From NCBI GenBank assembly GCA_005889405.1, contig VBFY01000057.1:17475-81474 (forward strand): DNA of 64,000 nt, in the 5' to 3' direction. The stretch is from Chloroflexota bacterium. GTDB lineage: Bacteria; Chloroflexota; Limnocylindria; P2-11E. A program made the translations under genes and the position numbers. The notes beneath the pieces were generated by a model that was not told the DNA's origin, made no database searches, and saw only the letters and a program-made list of their open reading frames with translations. Below are positions 24,485 through 33,796 of the stretch, in pieces. Position 1 is the stretch's first letter. Each line of letters starts with the position of its first letter.

Positions 24485-25714
24485 TTAGATCGTGTACGCG
24501 GCTTCGCGGTGCTGCGACGCGTCGAGTCCGAGGACTTCCTCATCCTCCGGCACGCGCAGTCCGACGAAGACATCGATGAGCTTCAGGATCACGAAGGTCA
24601 TGACCGCGGAGTACGTCACCGAGGCGAGGACGGCGACCGCCTGCACTCCGAGCTGCGCCGGGTTGCCGAAGGCGAGGCCGTCGGCCGCGCCCGCGTTCAC
24701 CGCCACGGTGGCGAAGATGCCGGTCGCGAGCGCACCCCACATGCCGCCGATGCCGTGCACGCCGAAGACGTCGAGAGCGTCGTCGACCTTCAGTCGCTTC
24801 GTGAGCTGGATCCCGACGTAACAGAAGGTGCCGGCTCCGAGACCGATGAGGATCGCGGCGGACACGTCCACGTAGCCGGACGCCGGGGTGATCGCGACGA
24901 GTCCGGCAACCGCGCCGGCCGCGGCACCGAGCACGCTTGGCGCGCCCTTGTGCAGCCAGGACACGGTCATCCAGGTGAGCGCGGCCATGGCGGCCGCGGT
25001 GTTCGTGACGACGAACGCGTTGGCCGCGAGGCCACCGGCGTTGATCGCGCTGCCCGCGTTGAAGCCGAACCAGCCGAACCAGAGCAGCGACGCGCCGAGG
25101 ACGGTCATGGTCGCGTCGTGTGGCTCTATCGGCTCGAGGCCGAGACCCTTGCGCCGACCGAGCACGAGCGCGGCGACGAGCGCGGAGACCCCGCTGGTGA
25201 TGTGCACCACGGTGCCGCCGGCGAAGTCAAGCGTGCCGAGCATCTTGAGCCAGCCACCGGTGCCCCAGACCCAGTGCGCGACAGGGTCGTACACGAACGT
25301 CGCCCAGAGAAGCGTGAACACCACGAACGCCTTGAAGCGCTTGCGCTCGGCGAACGCGCCGGTGATGAGCGCGGGCGTGATGACGGCGAACATCATCTGG
25401 AAGACCATGAACCCGAGGTGGGGAACAGTCGGCGCGTAATCGGGGTTCGGCGTCTGTCCGACGCCCCGAAGCGATAGCCAATCGAGCCCCCCGATGAGAC
25501 CGCCGTGATCAGGACCGAACGCCAGCGAGTACCCCCACAGCACCCACTGCACGCTGATCAAGCACAGGATGAAGAAGCTGTGCATGATCGTCGCGAGGAC
25601 GTTCTTGCGGCGAACGAGCCCGCCGTAGAAGAAGCCGAGCGCGGGCGTCATGAGCATGACCAGGGCAGCGGACGCGAGGAGCCAGGCGGTGTCCCCGGCG
25701 TTGATGTTCTCCAT
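24485..25714 (-). CDS. amt: ammonium transporter
   Basis: Amt/MEP family: MENINAGDTAWLL..., 11 TM helices, FGFNAGSA and twin-His context. Start taken at the ATG of MENIN (track ORF extends upstream in frame). Confidence 0.9.
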   Translation of the reverse strand: MENINAGDTAWLLASAALVMLMTPALGFFYGGLVRRKNVLATIMHSFFILCLISVQWVLWGYSLAFGPDHGGLIGGLDWLSLRGVGQTPNPDYAPTVPHLGFMVFQMMFAVITPALITGAFAERKRFKAFVVFTLLWATFVYDPVAHWVWGTGGWLKMLGTLDFAGGTVVHITSGVSALVAALVLGRRKGLGLEPIEPHDATMTVLGASLLWFGWFGFNAGSAINAGGLAANAFVVTNTAAAMAALTWMTVSWLHKGAPSVLGAAAGAVAGLVAITPASGYVDVSAAILIGLGAGTFCYVGIQLTKRLKVDDALDVFGVHGIGGMWGALATGIFATVAVNAGAADGLAFGNPAQLGVQAVAVLASVTYSAVMTFVILKLIDVFVGLRVPEDEEVLGLDASQHREAAYTI

Positions 25715-25787
25715 GCCGCTAGCCTGCGCAGCCGGCGTAGGGCGGTCAGTAGCGCAACGGGAGCGGTCGGTTTCGGTTGGGTTGTGG

Positions 25788-25831
25788 GCGCCGCGCAAAG
25801 GCCGCGGGACTGGCAGACCTTTGCGCGGCGC
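25788..25831. promoter_or_regulatory. 14-bp perfect inverted repeat upstream of amt
   Basis: GCGCCGCGCAAAGG-(16 nt)-CCTTTGCGCGGCGC, ~75-115 nt upstream of the amt start. No U-tract on either strand, so not a simple terminator. Confidence 0.4.
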
Positions 25832-25880
25832 GGGAACTAGTGTCGGATCACTGCGGCGTGGGCGAAGCCACACGCCAAGC

Positions 25881-25917
25881 AGATGAGGGCAGCGAAGGCT
25901 GCCCGATTACATGCCCT
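25881..25917. repeat. copy B of the ~38-nt conserved stem-loop element
   Basis: AGATGAGGGCAGCGAAGGCTGCCCGATTACATGCCCT. Its 3' end overlaps the stop codon and last two codons of the downstream minus-strand gene; stem GGGCAGC/GCTGCCC with GAAG loop. Confidence 0.5.
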
Positions 25918-26254
25918 TGGCGAGACCGATGACGTTGCCCTCGGGGTCGGCGAACATCGCGAGCTCGACCGGACCGGCCTTCGTCGGCGGCATGACGGTC
26001 TTGCCGCCCAGCTTCTCGACCTTCGCGAGCGTGCCCTTCAGGTCCTCGGTCTCGATGTAGAAGGTCACGCTGCTGCGGCCATTCCGCGACGGGCCGATCC
26101 CGCCATTGATTCCGTGACCGTTGGCGCCGGTGTCGACCATCGCGTAGTCCTCCGGCGCGTCGGTGAGCTTCCAGTCGAAGGCCTTGGCGTAGAAGTCGCG
26201 GAGCTTCTTGTTGTCCTTCCCGATGACCTCGAAGTGCGTGACGGGATATGCCAT
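25907..26254 (-). CDS. VOC/glyoxalase-family protein
   Basis: 115 aa, MAYPVTHFEVIG...; paired beta-alpha-beta-beta-beta modules typical of glyoxalase/bleomycin-resistance fold. Confidence 0.65.
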   Translation of the reverse strand: MAYPVTHFEVIGKDNKKLRDFYAKAFDWKLTDAPEDYAMVDTGANGHGINGGIGPSRNGRSSVTFYIETEDLKGTLAKVEKLGGKTVMPPTKAGPVELAMFADPEGNVIGLAKGM

Positions 26255-26306
26255 GTCAGTTCCCCTTTCCTATCGCTGCGTCTTCGCAGTCGTGTGATGC
26301 GCTGAG

Positions 26307-26735
26307 TTAGAGCCCGGCGTCACGGCCCTCCGCAACGTTCGTCAGGCGGGACAGGAAGTAATCCCAGCCCTCGGTGTGCGACGCGAGCGCGCCCTCCGGG
26401 AGGCCGCGATGCACGAGCCGAAGGCGCGTGCCCTGGCCGTCGGGCTCGAGGTCGATCTCGACCGTGCTCGTGCCAGGCGGCACGACGGGACTGCCTTTCC
26501 ACCCCCAGGTGAAGACCACACGGCGTGACGGGATCACTTCGACGAACCGTCCGTCCACCGAACCCTTGTCGTCCTCGAAGTCGACATGGAACGTCCCGCC
26601 CGGCCGAGGCTCGAGCTGCGCGATCTTTCCCTTCCAGCGGACGTACTCGCTGGGGTCGGTCAGGAGCCGGAAAACGGTCTCCGGCCGTGCCGCGATGGTG
26701 ATGACCTTCTCAATTGCCTTTGTGTCTACGGTCAC
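26307..26735 (-). CDS. SRPBCC (AHSA1/START-like) domain protein
   Basis: 142 aa, IAARPETVFRLLTDP...W motif pattern of Aha1-like SRPBCC proteins. Commonly paired with ArsR regulators. Confidence 0.65.
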   Translation of the reverse strand: MTVDTKAIEKVITIAARPETVFRLLTDPSEYVRWKGKIAQLEPRPGGTFHVDFEDDKGSVDGRFVEVIPSRRVVFTWGWKGSPVVPPGTSTVEIDLEPDGQGTRLRLVHRGLPEGALASHTEGWDYFLSRLTNVAEGRDAGL

Positions 26736-27063
26736 GACGGGTCCCCCTTTGCTCTTCCTGCTCCGCTGCCTGCTTCAACAGGCGCAGGTTCTCGTCCCAA
26801 TAGGACTCAAGGTAGGCGCGCAGCTCCGCGATGCTCTCAGGCCGCGCCCGATACAGGCGCCTCGTGCCGTTCCGCCTCTCAGTCACCAGGCCCGCCTCCT
26901 TCAGCACGCGTAGGTGCTGCGAGATCGCCGGACGGGTCACGTCGAAGTGGCGGGCGATCTCGCCCGCGGCGAGCTCGGAGGTCCACACAAGACGCAGGAT
27001 CTCGCGTCGGCGCGGCTCGGCGATGGCGCGGATCGCGGCTTCCACCCGCACATGTGAGCACAC
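26710..27063 (-). CDS. ArsR/SmtB-family transcriptional regulator
   Basis: LAEPRRREILRLV...AGEIARHFDVTRPAISQHLRVLKEAGLV HTH; overlaps the downstream SRPBCC gene. Confidence 0.8.
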   Translation of the reverse strand: MCSHVRVEAAIRAIAEPRRREILRLVWTSELAAGEIARHFDVTRPAISQHLRVLKEAGLVTERRNGTRRLYRARPESIAELRAYLESYWDENLRLLKQAAEQEEQRGTRRDRRHKGN

Positions 27064-27081
27064 ACTTACGAAAGTGTCAAC

Positions 27082-27672
27082 TTACATAGAAGCCAACGTT
27101 CGCTCGATCTTTCGCCCGATCTTTCCGAAGGTCCAGCCGAGAGACAGACCCAGGATCGGTGTGAATTCCGCGACGAGGATTGCGTAATGCTCCATTTCGA
27201 GCGGGTCGTACTTGTTCTTCGTCGCGCTCAGGCAGGGCATCGTCCGTGTGCGGTAGACGCGCACCGTGTCGCCCACGCGCTCGGTGTCCGGGGAATTGCC
27301 GAGGATCGTCCGCCAACCGCTGAGAGGGGCCCGGCCCTCACAGGTGACGCCGTCGACCTCGTACCGGTACACGAAGTAGTCCATGCCGAAAACTCGGATC
27401 ACGCGGGCAGGCGTCTCGACGGCGTCGACCCAAAGCGTGCTCGGACGGGCGTTCCACGCCAAGATCGCGAACCCGCTCGCGAGCAGGACGAACCCCGCGG
27501 TCGCTGCTGGCATGGAGAGCTTCGCGAGGACGCCGCCGATCCGTGGCGCCGCCGCGAATCCCAAGAAACCCTGGACCCCGAAGATGGTCAGCAGCGGCCC
27601 GACCACCGCACCGTCCTCGATGGCGCCAAAGGCCGCGACACCGGCGCTGATGCCCATCAGAACCGTTCTCAT
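27082..27672 (-). CDS. hypothetical membrane protein (DUF3592-like topology)
   Basis: ATG at MRTVLMG; N-terminal TM helices, a beta-rich soluble segment (FVYRYEVDG...GDTVRVYRT), then a C-terminal TM. Confidence 0.45.
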   Translation of the reverse strand: MRTVLMGISAGVAAFGAIEDGAVVGPLLTIFGVQGFLGFAAAPRIGGVLAKLSMPAATAGFVLLASGFAILAWNARPSTLWVDAVETPARVIRVFGMDYFVYRYEVDGVTCEGRAPLSGWRTILGNSPDTERVGDTVRVYRTRTMPCLSATKNKYDPLEMEHYAILVAEFTPILGLSLGWTFGKIGRKIERTLASM

Positions 27673-27785
27673 GGGTCCGCCTGGACGATACCGTTCCACA
27701 ACCCAAGCGAAACCTAGCGGCCGTTTACCCGAACGTGGCCACGGCGGGATGCTTCGGTCGACAACACCTGTGGGGAGTTGAACCG

Positions 27786-29246
27786 ATGACGCTGACCATC
27801 GAGCGCGAGCGCCCCGCGACCGCCGCGCCACCCGCTCCCAAGACCTCGCCCAAAGATGTGCTTGCGATGGCGAAGAAGGAAGGGGTCCAGATCGTGGACC
27901 TCCGCTTCGTCGATCTGCCCGGGACCTGGCAGCACTTCTCGATCCCGGTCGAGGAGCTCTCGGAGGGCCTGTTCATCGACGGCATCGGCTTCGACGGTTC
28001 GTCGATCAGAGGGTTCCAGCACATCCACGAGAGCGACATGCTCCTGATGCCCGACGCGACTTCGACCTTCATCGACCCGGTGCTCGAGGTCAAGACGATG
28101 GACATCATCTGCGACGTCATCGACCCGATCACCCGCATGCCGTATTCGCGAGACCCGCGATACGTCGCGAAGAAGGCCGAGGCGTTCCTCCCCACCACCG
28201 GCATCGCGGACATCGCGTACTGGGGACCGGAGATCGAGTTCTACATCTTCAACTCGCTCCGCTTCGACCAGAGCGCGAACTTCGGCTTCTACTACATCGA
28301 CTCCGAGGAAGGCATCTGGAACTCGGGCAGCAACGGGACGCCGAACCTCGCGCATCGTCCGCGGTTCAAGGAGGGCTACTTCCCGGTCCCGCCGGCCGAC
28401 AAGCTTCAGGACCTCCGCTCGATGATGGTCCGCGCGATGATCGCGTCGGGCATCGCGGTCGAGGTGCATCACCACGAGGTCGGCACCGCCGGTCAGACCG
28501 AGATCGACATCCGCTTCGGCACGATGGTCGAGACCGCGGACAAGGTGCTGAAGTACAAGTACATCACCAAGAACGTCGCGGCGAAGAATGGCTACGTGGT
28601 GACATTCATGCCGAAGCCGCTGTTCGGTGACAACGGATCGGGCATGCACACCCATCAGAGCCTCTGGAAGGACGGCCGCAACCTCTTCTACGACAAGAAC
28701 GGCTACGCGCTCCTCTCGGAGACGGCGCGCCACTACATCGGCGGCCTGCTGAAGCACGCTCCCGCGATCCTCGCGTTCGCCGCGCCGACGACGAACTCGT
28801 ACCGCCGGCTCGTTCCGGGCTACGAGGCGCCGATCAACCTCGTCTACTCGCAGCGCAATCGCTCGGCGTGCGTGCGGATCCCGACTTACTTCGACAAGCC
28901 CGAGGCGCGCCGCCTCGAGTTCCGCGCGCCGGACCCCTCATGCAACCCGTACCTCTCGTTCTCGGCCTGCCTCATGGCCGGACTCGACGGCGTGATCAAC
29001 CAGATCGAGCCGCCGACACCGATCGACGAGGACCTGTACGAGGGCGAGCACCGCTCCGTGAAGCAGACGCCAGGCTCGCTCGAAGAGGTGCTCGACGCGC
29101 TCGACGCTGACCGCGAATTCCTCATGCGCGGCGGCGTTTTCACCGAGGACCTCGTTGAAGAGTGGCTCGGCTTCAAACGTGCAAGCGCCAAGCAGGTGGC
29201 GCTACGGCCTCACCCGTACGAGTTCTACCTGTACAGCGACGTTTAG
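27786..29246 (+). CDS. glnA: glutamine synthetase type I
   Basis: [11 protein letters not shown], Glu/Mn-binding regions, and the C-terminal catalytic domain. ATG 27786 with GGGGAG RBS; the track ORF starts further upstream in frame. Confidence 0.95.
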   Translation: MTLTIERERPATAAPPAPKTSPKDVLAMAKKEGVQIVDLRFVDLPGTWQHFSIPVEELSEGLFIDGIGFDGSSIRGFQHIHESDMLLMPDATSTFIDPVLEVKTMDIICDVIDPITRMPYSRDPRYVAKKAEAFLPTTGIADIAYWGPEIEFYIFNSLRFDQSANFGFYYIDSEEGIWNSGSNGTPNLAHRPRFKEGYFPVPPADKLQDLRSMMVRAMIASGIAVEVHHHEVGTAGQTEIDIRFGTMVETADKVLKYKYITKNVAAKNGYVVTFMPKPLFGDNGSGMHTHQSLWKDGRNLFYDKNGYALLSETARHYIGGLLKHAPAILAFAAPTTNSYRRLVPGYEAPINLVYSQRNRSACVRIPTYFDKPEARRLEFRAPDPSCNPYLSFSACLMAGLDGVINQIEPPTPIDEDLYEGEHRSVKQTPGSLEEVLDALDADREFLMRGGVFTEDLVEEWLGFKRASAKQVALRPHPYEFYLYSDV

Positions 29247-29261
29247 TCATAGGAGGGCGAT

Positions 29262-29447
29262 ATGACGGCAGTGACGCAGTGGCGTGAGGCAGGGAGCGGG
29301 AAGCACTGGGCACCGGCCGCTTTGCCCGAGCCGCCGCGGCACAGCCACGTCTCGAAGAGCGTCCCCGCGACGCGCGACGCCTTCGGTCGCACGCTCGAAG
29401 AGTGGATGCAAGACCTGACGGTGGTGAGCACGCACGACGGCGAATAG
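29262..29447 (+). CDS. hypothetical 61-aa protein
   Basis: AGGAGG SD 6 nt before the ATG, 15 nt after the glnA stop; GC3 consistent with neighbouring genes. Confidence 0.4.
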   Translation: MTAVTQWREAGSGKHWAPAALPEPPRHSHVSKSVPATRDAFGRTLEEWMQDLTVVSTHDGE

Positions 29448-29515
29448 CCGCTGACTAACCGCTCCCGAACAGGTCCGAGGCCGTCCCAGTAGGGGCGGCG
29501 TCGACAGTCTCCTGA

Positions 29516-30364
29516 TCACCTCGTATTCCAGCCGGTGATCAGCGTCTCGAGCCGGTGGGTGCCGTCAGCTTGCGTGAGTGGGTCGAACGTCACTCTGACG
29601 AGCGTGTCCCACCTCGGGCCAAGCTCATTCATCGTGACCACATTGCCGCCGGCGACTCCCGCTGACCAGGTGTATGCCGTGTTCTCGTCCGGACGCAGGC
29701 GCAGACGATCCGCCGAGCCGACCTCTTGGAACTCAACGACACCTGCGTTCACGCTCAGCACGCTGCCGATCTGTGTCCACGACCCAGGCGCGAGTGAGCG
29801 ATCTGGCAACGCGTCAAAACCATCGGGCCAGTACGCCGGGCCCTGTCCTGAAGCGAGCACAGCACCGGTGCGAGCGTCGAACCAGAACAGCGCCGAGTGG
29901 AGCGGCTGTGGCGGCGGAATAATGCAAAAGTCGCAGTTCACGTCGCCAGAGACCGCGACGACCCAGAACAGCCGTCCGCGCGGCGCCGAAAGAGTCGGCG
30001 GAACGTCTGTCGACGACACGAGCTTGGCCTCGAAACGCTGCGCTCGCGGAATGATCGCGCTCAGGCCACGGACATAGCCAAGCACGAATTGCCTTGAGGT
30101 GAGCGGAAGCGTTGGCACGCTTGTGGTCGCGGGTCTGGGTCGCACGGATGCCGACGATGTCCCGAGCACCTGGTCGCCGACATAGGCCAGGGCCGACCCC
30201 AGCGCGATCGCGAGCATCAGGACCAGGGTGCTGACGCCGACGCGCGTGACGACGGACATGAAGCTCGTCCTCGACGATCGTGCCCTCGGGACCCAACGCT
30301 CTTCCGGCAGGACTGGGAGTCGATTGAGATCGCGCTGGATGGTGAGCTCGATGTCGTCAGACAA
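29516..30364 (-). CDS. putative membrane-anchored anti-sigma factor
   Basis: Overlaps the ECF sigma gene by 8 nt; short cytoplasmic N-terminus, single TM (VGVSTLVLMLAIALGSALAYV), ~200-aa extracytoplasmic domain. Confidence 0.55.
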   Translation of the reverse strand: MSDDIELTIQRDLNRLPVLPEERWVPRARSSRTSFMSVVTRVGVSTLVLMLAIALGSALAYVGDQVLGTSSASVRPRPATTSVPTLPLTSRQFVLGYVRGLSAIIPRAQRFEAKLVSSTDVPPTLSAPRGRLFWVVAVSGDVNCDFCIIPPPQPLHSALFWFDARTGAVLASGQGPAYWPDGFDALPDRSLAPGSWTQIGSVLSVNAGVVEFQEVGSADRLRLRPDENTAYTWSAGVAGGNVVTMNELGPRWDTLVRVTFDPLTQADGTHRLETLITGWNTR

Positions 30365-30821
30365 CGCTTGTCCCCTTTCGCATACGGACGAGCGCCTTCG
30401 CGAGGGTGGCGCTCACGGTGCCTGGCCTGACACCGAACAGTTCCGCTGTCTCAGCGTGCGTGAAGCCCAGGTAGTAGTGCGCGATGACGATGGCTCGTTG
30501 CCGCTCGGTGAGCAGCGCCAGCAGACGCCCCGCTTCCATGCTGTCGAGCAGAGCTCCGATGTCGTCGGCTGGCGACACCGCGGCGCGCGCGTCGAGCAGA
30601 CTTAGAAAACGCCAGGGCCGACGGTGCGCGTGCCGCAGGGCGACCCGGTACAGCCAACCGGCCACGTTCTCGGATCGCGCAGGCGGCCGGCGCAGGCCCT
30701 CTTCGAACGCGTCGTGTAACGCATCCTCTGCCCTGGCCGCGTCACGCAGCGTCGCGAGCAGCGCCCGGTACACACGCGGGACGGCGGTTCGGTAGAGCGC
30801 TTCCCACTCTGCGCGGTCCAC
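30357..30821 (-). CDS. ECF (group IV) RNA polymerase sigma factor
   Basis: Region 2 (ALHDAFEEG...WLYRVALR) and region 4 HTH (LTERQRAIVIAHYYLGFTHAETAELFGVRPGTVSATLAKAL). Confidence 0.85.
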   Translation of the reverse strand: MDRAEWEALYRTAVPRVYRALLATLRDAARAEDALHDAFEEGLRRPPARSENVAGWLYRVALRHAHRRPWRFLSLLDARAAVSPADDIGALLDSMEAGRLLALLTERQRAIVIAHYYLGFTHAETAELFGVRPGTVSATLAKALVRMRKGTSVV

Positions 30822-30854
30822 TTACCTACTAATGCGTCGCGCGGCCTCGATTCG

Positions 30855-31556
30855 TTACTCGTCCACCAGGGCGACCGCACGGATCGGCGAACCGGTGGCG
30901 CCGTCCATCTTGAGCGGTAGGCCCGAGAAGCTGAACCGCTTGCCGCGCAGGCCTTTCAGGCCGACGAGGTTCTCGATGATCGGGACCTCGTGATCGGGAT
31001 GAAGGAAGAGCACGTGCCCGGGACAATCGGTGTTGCCGAGCTCGTCAGCGACGCGGCCCTCCAGATTCGGATGGTCGACGCCGACAGCCTTCACCTCGCG
31101 TTCGAGCAGCCATTCGCAGGCGTCTTTCGCGAGACCCCGCGCCGCGAGGAACGCGTCGCCGCCCCATGTGCCCGACCAGAACCGGACGAGCACGATGTCG
31201 TCCTTGCGTATCTCGACGTCCTGCTTCTCGACCGCCGCCGCGAGCATCTCCGCCGTCACCGGCTCGTCGGCGCGCTTCGCGCTCACGTCGACACACACGG
31301 CTTCGCCGTGGAGCTTCTCGAGCGGCAGCTCCGCGATCGACCTGCCCTTCGGCGTACGCCGGGCGCCATCGTAGAAATGGAGTGAGGCGTCCACGTGCGT
31401 GCCGGTGTGGTCCTCCATGACCAGCAGCTTGGTCGAGAAGCCGAGCTTGAACGTCGACGCGTTCATGTACGGCAGCAGCGTGAACGGCGGCTTGATGTCC
31501 CAGGTGCGCAGCCCGTCTTTGAGCGCCAGGGTGAGGTCGACGATGCGCGTGGGCAC
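30855..31556 (-). CDS. cyclase-family protein (kynurenine formamidase-like)
   Basis: HTGTHVDA and downstream His/Asp/Glu metal-ligand pattern of the putative cyclase family; 233 aa. Confidence 0.7.
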   Translation of the reverse strand: MPTRIVDLTLALKDGLRTWDIKPPFTLLPYMNASTFKLGFSTKLLVMEDHTGTHVDASLHFYDGARRTPKGRSIAELPLEKLHGEAVCVDVSAKRADEPVTAEMLAAAVEKQDVEIRKDDIVLVRFWSGTWGGDAFLAARGLAKDACEWLLEREVKAVGVDHPNLEGRVADELGNTDCPGHVLFLHPDHEVPIIENLVGLKGLRGKRFSFSGLPLKMDGATGSPIRAVALVDE

Positions 31557-31565
31557 GCGCGGATG

Positions 31566-32408
31566 CTAGGCGAGAACCTTTGCGCTCAGCGCCGTGAAGA
31601 GATCCGCGAGGAGCGGCGGGAGCTTTCGTTTTACGTCGAGCGTCGGGTCGTAGCCGCAGATCTCGAAGCCGCGCACGTCGGACACCGACGCGAGCGATGT
31701 GATCGCCTCGCCGAGACCCGCGAGCGACACGCCGCCGGCGGCCGGGAACACGACCGCGCCGACCTCGGCCGGATCGACGACGTCGATGTCGACGTGGAGC
31801 CAGATCTTCCGCTTGCGCGCGAAAGCGATGATGCCGGATAGATCGGCCTGCTCGGCGTCGAAGCGGATTCGCGTGAGCTTCGAGCGATCGAGGTTCGCGC
31901 GCTCGCCGGGATCGAGCGCGCGGCCTCCGACCAGGGCGACCCGGTCCTCCGCGATCTTGTGCGAGCCCGGCCAGAGGAGCGGCGCGACCGACCGGCCGCA
32001 GACGTGCGCGAGGCACATGCCGCCGACGTAGTGGGACGGCGTCGTCGCGAGCGTGTTGAAGTCGCCGTGCGCGTCGAAGTACACAAGGGCGAGGTCGGGC
32101 ACGAGCGCGATGGCCCCGGCGAGCGTCCCTGCGACAAGCGTGCATTCGCCGCCCAAGACCGCGCAGGTGGCGCCGGCGCGCAGCGACGACCCGATCGCGT
32201 CGCCGAGGGTGCGGCACGACTCGCGGGCCGCGGTCACCCAGCGGTCGCGCGGGTTGAACGGCACCCGAACGTGCTTCTCCGGCCCGAGTCGTGTAACGAA
32301 GTGCTCGGAGAGCGCGCCAGGTGCGGCCGCCATCCCCGCGAAGCGCGTCTCCGTGACCACACCGGCCTCGAAGAGATGCAGCGGACGAGCCGCCATTTGT
32401 GGACGCAT
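31566..32408 (-). CDS. arginase/agmatinase/formiminoglutamase-family ureohydrolase
   Basis: Binuclear-Mn motifs VYFDAHGDFNT, LHVDIDVVDP and SLAGL. Confidence 0.8.
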   Translation of the reverse strand: MRPQMAARPLHLFEAGVVTETRFAGMAAAPGALSEHFVTRLGPEKHVRVPFNPRDRWVTAARESCRTLGDAIGSSLRAGATCAVLGGECTLVAGTLAGAIALVPDLALVYFDAHGDFNTLATTPSHYVGGMCLAHVCGRSVAPLLWPGSHKIAEDRVALVGGRALDPGERANLDRSKLTRIRFDAEQADLSGIIAFARKRKIWLHVDIDVVDPAEVGAVVFPAAGGVSLAGLGEAITSLASVSDVRGFEICGYDPTLDVKRKLPPLLADLFTALSAKVLA

Positions 32409-32462
32409 CCTAGCCCGCTCGGTCGCTTGTCTGGAAGCCTCCCGGACGCACGGAAGGCGGTT

Positions 32463-32603
32463 CTACATCTTTATGAGACCGCTCTGGACCAAGGCCAGGC
32501 AGATCACGGCAATCGCCGCGAGCGGCCACTTGGACCAGCGACCCGAGATGAGCATGAGGACGCCACAGACGAGTGCGATGAGCGAGAGCAGAAGGCTGAC
32601 GGT
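32463..32603 (-). CDS. 46-aa two-TM membrane peptide
   Basis: TTG start 6 nt after a GGAGG SD: MTITVSLLLSLIALVCGVLMLISGRWSKWPLAAIAVICLALVQSGLIKM. The rest of the 121-aa track ORF upstream is low-complexity. Confidence 0.4.
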   Translation of the reverse strand, partial: TVSLLLSLIALVCGVLMLISGRWSKWPLAAIAVICLALVQSGLIKM

Positions 32604-32670
32604 GATGGTCAATGGACACCTCCGTGTGCTGCCCTGTTGGGCGAGCAAGAGTATGACCACCCCCGCGGTG

Positions 32671-33774
32671 TCAGTCCCCGAACGAAGCGAGCAGGCGGTC
32701 GACAGCTGCCAGGCCGGCGTGCAGGATCCGCGACTCCATCCCATAGCCGATGCGCAGGTGGCGCTCGGCGCGGAAGTGGATGCCGGGGACGACCATCGTC
32801 GAGTACTCGCGGATGAGGCGGTCGACAAGTGCCATCGACTCGATGGGAAACCGGTAGCTGAAGAAGCAGACCCCGCCGGCCTGTGGCGGCGTCCAGTGCA
32901 GCTCGCGCGAATGCGTCGCCGCCCAGTCCTCGAGCTTCGGCCAGCGCTCGCCGAGAATGAAGCGCGCCCGCTTCAGCAGCTCGGTGCGACGCTCGAGCGC
33001 GATCTCGGCGAGCGTCTCGGACATGGTCGCTGGCGCGATCGTCGTGTAGTCCTTGAGACGCAGCGCGGCCTGCGCCTCATCCTCCGGCGCGACGAGCCAG
33101 CCGATCCGAAGACCGGGCAGCCCGTACACCTTCGAAAGCCCACCGGTGACGACAATGCGCTCGCCGCGTCCGGAGAAGGATGCGCTCTCGACGCTGTCGA
33201 GCTCCGCGCCGCGGTACACCTCGTCGGAGAGGATCCACGCACCGTGTTTCGCGGCGATCGCGATGACGCGATCGATCTCCGCGCGCGACAGGACCTGCCC
33301 GGTCGGGTTGTTCGGCGTGCAGACGCAGATGAGCTTGGTCCGCGCGTTGACCGCGGATGCGAGCGCGTCGAGATCGATGTGCCAGCCACGCTCCTCACGC
33401 AGCCACACCTCGCGCACGCGGGCGCCGAGGCCCTGCGCGATGCCGTGCACCTGCATGTAGTTCGGCATCACGACGACGACCTCGTCGCCGGCGGACACGA
33501 GGGTCATCAGCGCGAGGAAGTTCGCCTCGCTCGTCCCGGTCGTGATGACCACGTTCTTCGCGTCCGTGCCCGAGTGGAATCCCGCGATGAGCGCGCGCGT
33601 CGGCTCGCGCCCGACGCCCTCCGCGTAGCCGAGCTTCGAGCGCATGAGCTCTCTCTGATCGCGCGTGATCTCTTCGAGCGTCAGCGCCTCGACCCCGGAC
33701 TCGGACAGGTCGTACTTCACCCGGTGCTCCCAGGTGGACTGCATGCGCTCCATGTCGAACGCGGGGAACTTCAT
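32671..33774 (-). CDS. PLP-dependent aminotransferase (class I/II fold)
   Basis: NPTGQV and the SKVYGLPGLRIGW PLP-lysine region; ATG at MKFPAFD chosen. Confidence 0.8.
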   Translation of the reverse strand: MKFPAFDMERMQSTWEHRVKYDLSESGVEALTLEEITRDQRELMRSKLGYAEGVGREPTRALIAGFHSGTDAKNVVITTGTSEANFLALMTLVSAGDEVVVVMPNYMQVHGIAQGLGARVREVWLREERGWHIDLDALASAVNARTKLICVCTPNNPTGQVLSRAEIDRVIAIAAKHGAWILSDEVYRGAELDSVESASFSGRGERIVVTGGLSKVYGLPGLRIGWLVAPEDEAQAALRLKDYTTIAPATMSETLAEIALERRTELLKRARFILGERWPKLEDWAATHSRELHWTPPQAGGVCFFSYRFPIESMALVDRLIREYSTMVVPGIHFRAERHLRIGYGMESRILHAGLAAVDRLLASFGD

Positions 33775-33796
33775 CGGTTCGCCGCTCAGTCTGGCA

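Noticed and set aside
27673-27785. GlnR-type boxes (GTnAC-n6-GnAAC) upstream of glnA
   Set aside because: GAAAC and GTTTAC-like fragments are present, but no spacing matches the consensus convincingly; not reportable without a motif scan.
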